Of a stretch of 64,000 bases of DNA, positions 57,057 through 64,000 are shown piece by piece. Within the stretch, counting starts at the first letter, position 1, and each line of letters opens with the position of its first letter. Below the pieces are notes generated by a model. That model was not told where the DNA came from, did no database searches, and saw only the letters and a list, made by a program, of their open reading frames with translations. The DNA comes from Clostridia bacterium (GTDB taxonomy: Bacteria > Bacillota > Clostridia > UMGS1840), in the NCBI GenBank assembly GCA_017468465.1, contig JAFUIN010000003.1:21794-85793 (forward strand), read 5' to 3'. A program made the translations under genes and the position numbers.

Positions 57057-58150
57057 TGTTTTTCCACCTTCCCGATTTCTCGTAAATAGTGCTCTATAAT
57101 AATCTTACGGTCATATTCCCGTTCCATTTTTAATCGTCCCAAAACACCCATATCTTTTCGTTCTTCGTGTGACAGACCAATGAATTTTCGGATTGCCTCC
57201 TCTAAAGACTTTGCATCCTTTGGTTCACATACATAGCCTGTTACACCGTCGTCGATAATTTCCATACATCCGGGAATTCTGCTTGCAATCACGGGACGTC
57301 CCATTGAGGCGCTCTCCAACAGCACATTTGCCGTTCCCTCATGATAAGACGGAAGCACCGTAGCAGAATGGGTTTTGATAAATTCTTTCACGTTTTGCTG
57401 CTGCCCCAACGCGTTTACAATATTGCCCCGATTTAATTCATCAAAGGTTTCCTGATATTCTTCTTCACAAAAGCCTACCAAATCGAACGTGATGTCGGGG
57501 TAATCTTTCCGAATGTTTCTGGCCGCCTCCAACAATTCTCCAACACCTTTATCCCGCATCAATCGCCCGATAAACAAAAAGGATAACGGCGCTTCTTTTG
57601 GAGGATATGCTTCGTAAGCATAATCCTTCAAATTTACACCGGAGCCGGGGAGCAAGATGCTGTTTTGCGAAATCATCTTGTTCTTTTGGAAGAACTCCCG
57701 ATTCTGACTGTTTTGGAAGAAAAGACAGCTTGCGTGCCTTGCCGACAGCCGATACAGCATCACCAGAAGCTTTGCAACTGAGCCGCCGTTATGAATGGCA
57801 GACCCCAAGCCTGTAATGTTGGAAAGATAGGGAACCTTCGCCAGCCGACAAGCAAGCCCACCATAGATATTTGGCTTTATGGTGTAAGTCAGCACCACAT
57901 CGGGCTGAAGCTTCTTCAAAAGCTTTTTGTATGTAAAAAAGAGCTTCAAATCCGCAACGGGATTCATCCCGCGTCGGTCCACATGCGTCTCGATAAAATG
58001 GCATCCCATGTTTTCCATATCTTTAATGCGGGGGCCCTTGGGCAAGGAAATATATACTTCGTGCCCTGCCGCTATCAAACTTTCCAACAGTTCTTTTCGG
58101 AAATTGTAAAGCCCCATATCCAGATTCGCCAGAATGAGTATCTTTTTCAT
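57053..58150 (-). CDS. GT-B fold glycosyltransferase (family 4, PglA-like position)
   Basis: 365 aa with the HEGTANVLLESASMGRPVI motif. It overlaps the next gene by 4 nt. Confidence 0.75.
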   Translation of the reverse strand: MKKILILANLDMGLYNFRKELLESLIAAGHEVYISLPKGPRIKDMENMGCHFIETHVDRRGMNPVADLKLFFTYKKLLKKLQPDVVLTYTIKPNIYGGLACRLAKVPYLSNITGLGSAIHNGGSVAKLLVMLYRLSARHASCLFFQNSQNREFFQKNKMISQNSILLPGSGVNLKDYAYEAYPPKEAPLSFLFIGRLMRDKGVGELLEAARNIRKDYPDITFDLVGFCEEEYQETFDELNRGNIVNALGQQQNVKEFIKTHSATVLPSYHEGTANVLLESASMGRPVIASRIPGCMEIIDDGVTGYVCEPKDAKSLEEAIRKFIGLSHEERKDMGVLGRLKMEREYDRKIIIEHYLREIGKVEKQ

Positions 58151-58153
58151 AGG

Positions 58154-58765
58154 TTATTTCACCTTTCTTACCGGAACACCCACATAAGTGCCCGGTTCGG
58201 TAATGGATGTTGTTACCACGCCGCCTGCTCCAACCAGAACATCAGCACAGATTTCCAAATTTTGAATGATTTTTGCGCCGATTCCGATATGCGCTCTTTC
58301 TCCTAAGGAAACGGTGCCTGCCAACGCAGCACCGGGAGAAACGTGAACAAAGCTTGCGAGTTTTCCGTCGTGCTCCACAACTGAAGCAGTATTGATAATG
58401 CAATGTGCACCGATTGCTGCATCCGCATTTATAACCGCATTGGCCATGACTGCGCTTCCCTCACCGATTGTGACGCCTTCGCCAATCACCGCAGTTGGAT
58501 GAATGGCAGTGTAAAAGGAAACGTCTCCCATTTTTTTGGAAATGGTTTCCCGAATGGCATTATTGCCGATAGCAATAATAAACTGTGCATCAGGATATTC
58601 CCCATAGGATTCTGTATCTCCCAAAATAAATCCGTCAAAAAAGGCACTGCCCGGCTCTTTATGGTCATCTAAAAAACCGATTAAATTGTCGCCGGATTTG
58701 CGCACAATGTCGGCAATCACTTTTGCGTGGCCGCCGGCGCCCACAACAATCACATTTTTATACAT
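58154..58765 (-). CDS. NeuD/PglD-family hexapeptide-repeat N-acetyltransferase
   Basis: 203 aa with an N-terminal [12 protein letters not shown] Rossmann-like domain and C-terminal left-handed beta-helix repeats. Confidence 0.8.
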   Translation of the reverse strand: MYKNVIVVGAGGHAKVIADIVRKSGDNLIGFLDDHKEPGSAFFDGFILGDTESYGEYPDAQFIIAIGNNAIRETISKKMGDVSFYTAIHPTAVIGEGVTIGEGSAVMANAVINADAAIGAHCIINTASVVEHDGKLASFVHVSPGAALAGTVSLGERAHIGIGAKIIQNLEICADVLVGAGGVVTTSITEPGTYVGVPVRKVK

Positions 58766-59375
58766 TTACCTTACTTCCTTTGAACGGCTCCATGGTAGCG
58801 TTGCCTTCCTGACTGATGCCCTCCTGTTTGGCAAAAGCTTTCCACACCGTTTGAAATATAATTTTCACATCACCCAAAAATGTGATGTTTCTTACATACT
58901 GAACATCCAGTTCAAATTTTTCTTCCCAGGAGAGTGCATTTCTACCGTTCACCTGTGCCAATCCGGAAAGGCCGGGACGCACATCGTGACGGTGCCGCTG
59001 CTCCTCGTTGTATAAGGGCAGATATTCCACCAATAAAGGTCTTGGCCCGATAATAGACATATCCCCTTTTAAGATATTGATGGCTTCAGGAAGCTCGTCC
59101 AGACTGGTGGCACGTAAAAACTTTCCGAATTTGGTCAGACGAATCTCATCGGGCAACAAATCCCCATTTTCATCACGCTTGTCTGTCATCGTGCGAAATT
59201 TATAAAGCTTGAAAATCTTCCCATCTTTTCCCGGTCGGTTTTGTGTGAAAAACACGGGCCACCCCAAAAAGATAGCAACCAAAACTGCAACCAGAAGATA
59301 CAGCCAGGAAAACACCACAAGTGCCAACAGGGAACAAACAATATCCAAAAAACGCTTTCCAAATTTGCGATACAT
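58758..59375 (-). CDS. Small monotopic phosphoglycosyl transferase (PglC-like initiating sugar transferase)
   Basis: 205 aa with one N-terminal hydrophobic helix and the SIIGPRPLL and [13 protein letters not shown] motifs of the bacterial sugar transferase family. Confidence 0.85.
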   Translation of the reverse strand: MYRKFGKRFLDIVCSLLALVVFSWLYLLVAVLVAIFLGWPVFFTQNRPGKDGKIFKLYKFRTMTDKRDENGDLLPDEIRLTKFGKFLRATSLDELPEAINILKGDMSIIGPRPLLVEYLPLYNEEQRHRHDVRPGLSGLAQVNGRNALSWEEKFELDVQYVRNITFLGDVKIIFQTVWKAFAKQEGISQEGNATMEPFKGSKVNV

Positions 59376-59390
59376 ATAACTGCTCCTTTT

Positions 59391-60500
59391 CTAAAATTGA
59401 GCTTTGATAATTTCTATCACACGGTTTTGCTGTTCTTTCGTCATTTTGGTATCCGAAGGCAAGCAAATGCCGGTTTCAAAAATGCTTTTGGAAACATCCT
59501 CATCGTGCATAAAATAATCGCATTCGCTGTAATACGGCTGCAGGTGCATGGGCTTCCAGATTGGACGGGACTCAATATTCTGTGCTTCCAGAGCCTCCAT
59601 CACAGAAACCGGATTTACACCCTTAATAGTCATACAGGAAAGCCAGAAACTCGGCACTCCGTAATCACAAACAGGCATCATGGTTACATCAATGTCAGAA
59701 AACGCCTGCTCATAAGTATGATAAATTTCGGTTTTCTTTGCCACACGGTCGGAAAGTGCTGTCAGCTGACCGCGTCCGATTCCTGCGCAGATGTTGGACA
59801 TTCGGTAGTTATACCCCAGTTCAGAATGCTGATAATGCCGAGCAGGGTCTCTGGCCTGGGTAATCCATTTCAGAATTTTTGCTTTTTCTTCTTCAGTTTT
59901 ACAAAGCAGCATCCCACCCCCTGAGGTGGTGATAATTTTGTTGCCGTTGAACGAAAGCACACCGAAATCACCAATGGTGCCTGTCATCTGCTCTTTATAA
60001 GTAGCGCCAAGGCTTTCTGCCGCATCTTCCACAACGGGAACACCATATTCACGGGTGATGCTTAAAATTTCATCATAATCGGCAGATTGCCCGTATAAAT
60101 TAACCACTACCACTGCTTTGGGCTTGGGATATTTCTGAAATGCTTTTCTCAAAGCCTTGGGAGACATATTCCAGCTTCCCGGCTCACTGTCGATAAAAAC
60201 CGGAGTTCCGCCCTGATACACAATGGGGTTACAGCTTGCCGCAAAGGTCATGGAAGAACAAAAAACAATATCACCGGGGCCAACCTCTAAAAATCTTAGT
60301 GCCATATGTAATGCTGCAGTACCTGCCGACATGGCAATGGCATAATTTGCACCGGTTGTCTGACATATTTCATTTTCAAACTCTGTTACGTTTTTCCCTA
60401 ACGGAGCAATCCAATTTGTCTGGAATGCTTCCTCAATATACCCCATTTCTTTTCCGCACATATGGGGAGTTGATAAAAAAATTCGTTCGTCCATTTTCAA
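59391..60500 (-). CDS. DegT/DnrJ/EryC1/StrS-family PLP-dependent sugar aminotransferase
   Basis: 369 aa with an LSTPHMCGKEMGYIEEAF N-terminus and the SFNGNKIITTSGGG lysine region. It is the first gene of the glycan operon, preceded by GGAGGGTG. Confidence 0.85.
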   Translation of the reverse strand: MKMDERIFLSTPHMCGKEMGYIEEAFQTNWIAPLGKNVTEFENEICQTTGANYAIAMSAGTAALHMALRFLEVGPGDIVFCSSMTFAASCNPIVYQGGTPVFIDSEPGSWNMSPKALRKAFQKYPKPKAVVVVNLYGQSADYDEILSITREYGVPVVEDAAESLGATYKEQMTGTIGDFGVLSFNGNKIITTSGGGMLLCKTEEEKAKILKWITQARDPARHYQHSELGYNYRMSNICAGIGRGQLTALSDRVAKKTEIYHTYEQAFSDIDVTMMPVCDYGVPSFWLSCMTIKGVNPVSVMEALEAQNIESRPIWKPMHLQPYYSECDYFMHDEDVSKSIFETGICLPSDTKMTKEQQNRVIEIIKAQF

Positions 60501-60547
60501 TCACCCTCCGGCAACTTTCTATAAATTCTTAAAAAAGATATACTTTA

Positions 60548-60590
60548 ACTACAATATTATAACACACCAGTATCAAAATAGCAATAGCTT
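60548..60590 (-). promoter_or_regulatory. Promoter candidate of the glycan operon
   Basis: Minus-strand extended -10 TGtTATAAT (TATAAT at 60556-60561). The -35 is weak or short-spaced (TTGCTA, 15 nt). Confidence 0.4.
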
Positions 60591-60676
60591 TTCGTCATTT
60601 TTTACGGATTTTTCCGCCAAATTTTACGGTTTTTTGGTGAAACATTCTATTATTTTTATTTTTTTGAAAATTTCTC

Positions 60677-60736
60677 TTGACAAACAGAGGTTACAAGTGT
60701 AAACTAAAAGCAGAAAACAAGGTTACATTTGTAAAC
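60677..60736 (+). promoter_or_regulatory. blaI promoter candidate with two BlaI/MecI-type operator dyads
   Basis: TTGACA (60677-60682), 17 nt, then TAAACT (60700-60705). The dyads GGTTACAAGTGTAAAC (60689-60704) and GGTTACATTTGTAAAC (60721-60736) both contain the TACA-N-TGTA core of BlaI/MecI operators. Their centres are 32 bp apart. Confidence 0.6.
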
Positions 60737-60749
60737 GGAGGATAAATCT

Positions 60750-61133
60750 ATGCAGCAAAATTATAAAATATCAGAAACCGAATGGAAAATTATGGAGCTT
60801 TTGTGGGACAATCCGAATCAGACCATTGGTGACATCAAAACCGCCTTGACTGATACCGGCTGGAGTGAATCCACCATCAAAACCCTGGTGCGCCGTCTGG
60901 TGCAGAAAGGTGCTGTAAAGGCAGACAACTCTGACGGACATTTTATCTATACCCCTATGGTCAGCTCCGATGTGTGCAAACGAAAAGAAACCCGCAATTT
61001 TCTGTCGCGGATTTATCAAGGCTCCATCAAAATGATGATGGCAAATCTTGCCTCCGAAAGCAAGCTCACCGAAGAGGAAACGAACAAGCTGATGGAAATT
61101 ATTGACAAAATGGAAGGAGGAGACAAGCGATGA
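60750..61133 (+). CDS. blaI: BlaI/MecI/CopY-family winged-helix repressor
   Basis: 127 aa. The N-terminal ISETEWKIMELLW...TIKTLVRRLVQKG pattern is typical of penicillinase repressors. Its stop overlaps the next start as ATGA. Confidence 0.85.
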   Translation: MQQNYKISETEWKIMELLWDNPNQTIGDIKTALTDTGWSESTIKTLVRRLVQKGAVKADNSDGHFIYTPMVSSDVCKRKETRNFLSRIYQGSIKMMMANLASESKLTEEETNKLMEIIDKMEGGDKR

Positions 61134-63805
61134 CTGCCCTGATACAACACACCCTTACCATTACCGTAACAGCACTGTTTCTGTTGGCATTCAAATCTGT
61201 TTTCAAAAATAAGCTGTCTGCGAAATGGCAGGTATGGCTTTGGGTTTTGCTTCTTGTAAGAATGCTAATTCCCGCAATGCCGGAAAGCAATTTATCGGTT
61301 TTCAATGCAGTGCCGACTCCTGTGATAGAGACAGATTCTGCCACCGTGACCTACATCGCAATGGGACCGGATTCCCCTAAAAATATTCCCATTACTGACG
61401 TAATGCCCTCTCTGCCAAAAGAGGAAGCCAATTCCCCAAAAAATTTTTGGAAAGCGATTCCTTATGCCGGCGGTGTTACGCTGCTTTGCTACTTTTTAAT
61501 TGCATATTTTGGTTTACAGCTGCGATTAAAAAAGGCAATTCCCATCACAGATTCCCAAGTGCTTTCCATCCTGGAAGACTGCAAAAAGACCATCGGTATT
61601 CAACAAAATATTCGTCTCCTAAAAGGAGAAGAAACCCCGCTTCTAACCGGTGTTTTCAAGCCCACACTGCTGCTTCCCGACAAGGACTACTCCCAAAAAG
61701 AGCTGCGCTCTGTATTTCTGCACGAGCTTTGCCATCTGAAGCATCACGACATTTTCATTTTATGGGGCAGCATCCTCATCCTTTGCTGCAACTGGTTTAA
61801 TCCCATCATCTGGTACTGCTTTTTTGCCTTGCGGAAGGACATCGAGGTTTATTGCGACGAACGGGTGCTTCCCTTCGTTGAAAATAAAAAGGATTATGCA
61901 GCCCTGCTTTTGAAAACAGCACTCTCCAAAAACAAATTCATTGTAGGCACCACCTCTTTGCAAAACGGAGAAAAGGAAGTAACACGTCGCATCCGCTATC
62001 TTGCCTATTTCAAAAAGCCAAAATGGATCTGGAGCATAGTGCTTATTCTTCTGACTCTTTTGGTCAGTGTGCTGTGCCTGACCAATTCGGTTACCGACTA
62101 TACTATGCAGGAAGAAGCCTATGTAAATTACATTAACCGCCCTATGGGTGCGATTATGGCCGAATTGGATTATGCCGATGAACAAACCGCTATCTTCCAC
62201 TACTTAGACGGCTTGTTTGTCTACGATATCAAACAAGACAATCTTTTACATAAATTTGACTTAAACAAATTCAACTGTGCTCCGCATTCGCAAGGAGAAG
62301 CTGCTCTTGTGGTAGCCGTATCCCAAGATGGCACGAACATTCTGCTGACAAGCACAGGCTCCGAGGAGATTGTCAAGAAATATGACAACTATCTCATTGA
62401 AACTGCCACAGGAAAGGTACAAAAAACAAAACAAGCTGCGCTTTCAAATCCTGTCACCCGACGCGAAACAGAACTCCTCGTCCCATATGGTGAGGGTTGG
62501 ATAGCAGACCGCTGTATTGTGCAGGGAGAAACGGTGTATTATCTTTCCTACAATAAAGGCAAAGTGGATAATATTCACTTAAACAAACGCACCGGTGACA
62601 TTAAGGATGAATATTACCCCTTCCACGCACAGCTATACAGCTATGCCGGAAATCATTTTCACTTCTGGGGAAAAGCAGAAGCTTACTTTTCCTTAGACTA
62701 CCCCGGTTACCACGACATATTTTCCGAAGAAAAAGCGCTTGGTGTGGCAGAAGAAGTGTATCTTCCTGATCTGAAAACCATTTCGCAAGTGAACAATCAT
62801 TCGGAGAATACCGTTGTAACCCCTATTTTGGGCTATGACTACACGATTTATCGAGTAACCGAAACTCAAGGCTATCCCGCTGCCTCCGGCAAAACACAAA
62901 CCCATAATATGACCATGTATTTTTTAGAATATCCCACCAAAAAAGACACTTATGTGGTTTTGTTTTTTGAAACCGGTATCCTTTCAGAAGAAGCGGTAAT
63001 GCTGATGCTAAAATCCTTCACCTTTTCTTCTGTTGGAGAACTGATTTCCCAGGAAGTACAAAACCACCTGAAGCCGGACGAAACAATCATGGTAAATTCC
63101 GGTATGGCGTGGCACATCATATTGGAAGAACAGTATATGGATGAAATCGAAAAGCTCATTCGCCTCTCCGGTTATGACCCCGATTTTTCGGTCAAAAGCA
63201 TGGACGAAAGACGGATTTTTGACAAAACAAAATTTCTGGATAAAAACTTATATTTCTATATGCTTGAAATTGAAAAGGCTGACGGCTCAACCTATCCGAA
63301 GCTGTTTATTTTCAACTATGATACTGCCGAATGTCTTTTCACCAGTCCATATTCCAGAGAACGGGGATATGCTGCATCCAGGTTATTTATCCTCCTGAAC
63401 GAATTCTTCGCATCCGAAGTAAAATCTGCTCTTCATGTGGTTTCCGAACAATATCTTTCCAACGAATATATCAAAGCCTTTTCGCCTCATTATCAGTGTC
63501 TCACCCAAGAAATTAAAAACTGGAAGGAATCGGGAAACGAAGCAACCTTTACTTATCATACCGTTGACCAATACTGGAATCGTGACCCTGATAAAGTAGA
63601 CTACATCATAAAAGAAAAGGAAGCAGGCAATTTGGAGCAATATGAACGCTTAAAAGAAGCCTACTTAAAACCCATTGAAATGAATCTGGAATTAAAAATT
63701 GTGTGGAATGGCACTACTCCCGCACTTTATCATAACTCTGCTCCCAATGGAGTGGAATGGACTCCTGTTACATTCTTTGATTTTGTGGGAGACATGCCTC
63801 GATAA
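61130..63805 (+). CDS. BlaR1/MecR1-like M56 zinc metalloprotease signal transducer with a large non-PBP sensor domain
   Basis: 891 aa. It has N-terminal TM helices, the HELCHLKHHD HExxH motif and a further TM segment near aa 300-320. The following ~570 aa form an extracytoplasmic region with no motif I recognise. Confidence 0.8.
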   Translation: MTALIQHTLTITVTALFLLAFKSVFKNKLSAKWQVWLWVLLLVRMLIPAMPESNLSVFNAVPTPVIETDSATVTYIAMGPDSPKNIPITDVMPSLPKEEANSPKNFWKAIPYAGGVTLLCYFLIAYFGLQLRLKKAIPITDSQVLSILEDCKKTIGIQQNIRLLKGEETPLLTGVFKPTLLLPDKDYSQKELRSVFLHELCHLKHHDIFILWGSILILCCNWFNPIIWYCFFALRKDIEVYCDERVLPFVENKKDYAALLLKTALSKNKFIVGTTSLQNGEKEVTRRIRYLAYFKKPKWIWSIVLILLTLLVSVLCLTNSVTDYTMQEEAYVNYINRPMGAIMAELDYADEQTAIFHYLDGLFVYDIKQDNLLHKFDLNKFNCAPHSQGEAALVVAVSQDGTNILLTSTGSEEIVKKYDNYLIETATGKVQKTKQAALSNPVTRRETELLVPYGEGWIADRCIVQGETVYYLSYNKGKVDNIHLNKRTGDIKDEYYPFHAQLYSYAGNHFHFWGKAEAYFSLDYPGYHDIFSEEKALGVAEEVYLPDLKTISQVNNHSENTVVTPILGYDYTIYRVTETQGYPAASGKTQTHNMTMYFLEYPTKKDTYVVLFFETGILSEEAVMLMLKSFTFSSVGELISQEVQNHLKPDETIMVNSGMAWHIILEEQYMDEIEKLIRLSGYDPDFSVKSMDERRIFDKTKFLDKNLYFYMLEIEKADGSTYPKLFIFNYDTAECLFTSPYSRERGYAASRLFILLNEFFASEVKSALHVVSEQYLSNEYIKAFSPHYQCLTQEIKNWKESGNEATFTYHTVDQYWNRDPDKVDYIIKEKEAGNLEQYERLKEAYLKPIEMNLELKIVWNGTTPALYHNSAPNGVEWTPVTFFDFVGDMPR

Positions 63806-63850
63806 GAAAAAAACAAGAAGATGTTTCCCATCTTCTTGTTTTTTATTTTT
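63806..63850. terminator. Bidirectional intrinsic terminator
   Basis: AACAAGAAGATG-tttccc-ATCTTCTTGTT stem (63812-63840), flanked by an A-run and a T-run. It lies between convergent stops at 63805 and 63843. Confidence 0.8.
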
Positions 63851-64000
63851 GATATTTTTCAATAATACTTGCTTTTTTGAGGCTTTTTTCGGTGCGGTAA
63901 GCAGAACGGATTTTAGAAATCAAACCTTCATCGCCACCGGTTCTTTTCAGCTCCCTTTGCAGCTCTGACAAAAGCGCTTCCATTTGCCCGTCACACTCTC
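63843..64000 (-). CDS. 3' end of an unidentified CDS running off the window
   Basis: The minus-strand frame stays open from the window edge and ends ...ELKRTGGDEGLISKIRSAYRTEKSLKKASIIEKYQK followed by TAA (63843-63845). The fragment is too short to name. Confidence 0.35.
   Translation of the reverse strand, partial: ECDGQMEALLSELQRELKRTGGDEGLISKIRSAYRTEKSLKKASIIEKYQK

Noticed and set aside
62540-62560. An SYNK tetrapeptide in the BlaR1-like sensor region, as a possible S-x-x-K penicillin-binding active site.
   Set aside because: It is an isolated four-residue match. No accompanying S/Y-x-N or K-T-G boxes occur at the expected spacing, so it is most likely chance.
41173-63805. I considered whether the glycan locus plus blaI/blaR1 is a mobile genomic island.
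   Set aside because: I could find no integrase, transposase, tRNA or flanking direct repeats. The locus looks strain-variable by content, but mobility cannot be claimed from this window.

Overview
The window reads as chromosome from a low-GC, endospore-forming Firmicute, probably Clostridia-like. All assignments rest on motif and sequence recognition plus manual inspection. I ran no database search, HMM scan or folding program.

Gene content, left to right:
- 1-7.5 kb: a minus-strand purine operon, purE-purM-purN, a PurO-type IMP cyclohydrolase, an AICAR-formyltransferase-only PurH, and purD. A methyltransferase and an amidohydrolase trail it.
- 7.7-9.2 kb: a SipL-like DUF3794/LysM sporulation protein.
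- 9.2-26 kb: the full minus-strand S10-spc-alpha ribosomal protein cluster, rpsJ through rplQ-rpmE. It includes secY, adk, map, infA and a 37-codon rpmJ that the ORF track misses.
- 26.4-28.2 kb: sleB-ypeB.
- 28.3-29.7 kb: infC-rpmI-rplT with an attenuator-type leader.
- 29.8-41 kb: cell-envelope and sporulation genes (two M23 peptidases, an SLH protein, spoIID, a SpoIIQ-like gene and a second SpoIID/LytB paralogue), plus lon-hisS-aspS.
- 41.2-60.5 kb: an accessory-looking single-strand 19-gene glycopolymer operon.
- 60.7-63.8 kb: a divergent BlaI/BlaR1-type sensor-repressor pair.

The least ordinary features:
- Three tandem, diverged EpsG/Wzy-like polymerase genes.
- Duplicated LicD plus glycerol-3-phosphate cytidylyltransferase modules, one with a large GDPD-domain protein inserted.
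- A bacillosamine-type initiation module with no dehydratase in view.
- A BlaR1-like protease whose roughly 570-aa extracytoplasmic domain shows no penicillin-binding motifs.
- Several long hairpin-rich leaders and spacers in the translation operons.

I saw no CRISPR array, transposase, integrase, tRNA, rRNA or recognisable defence system.
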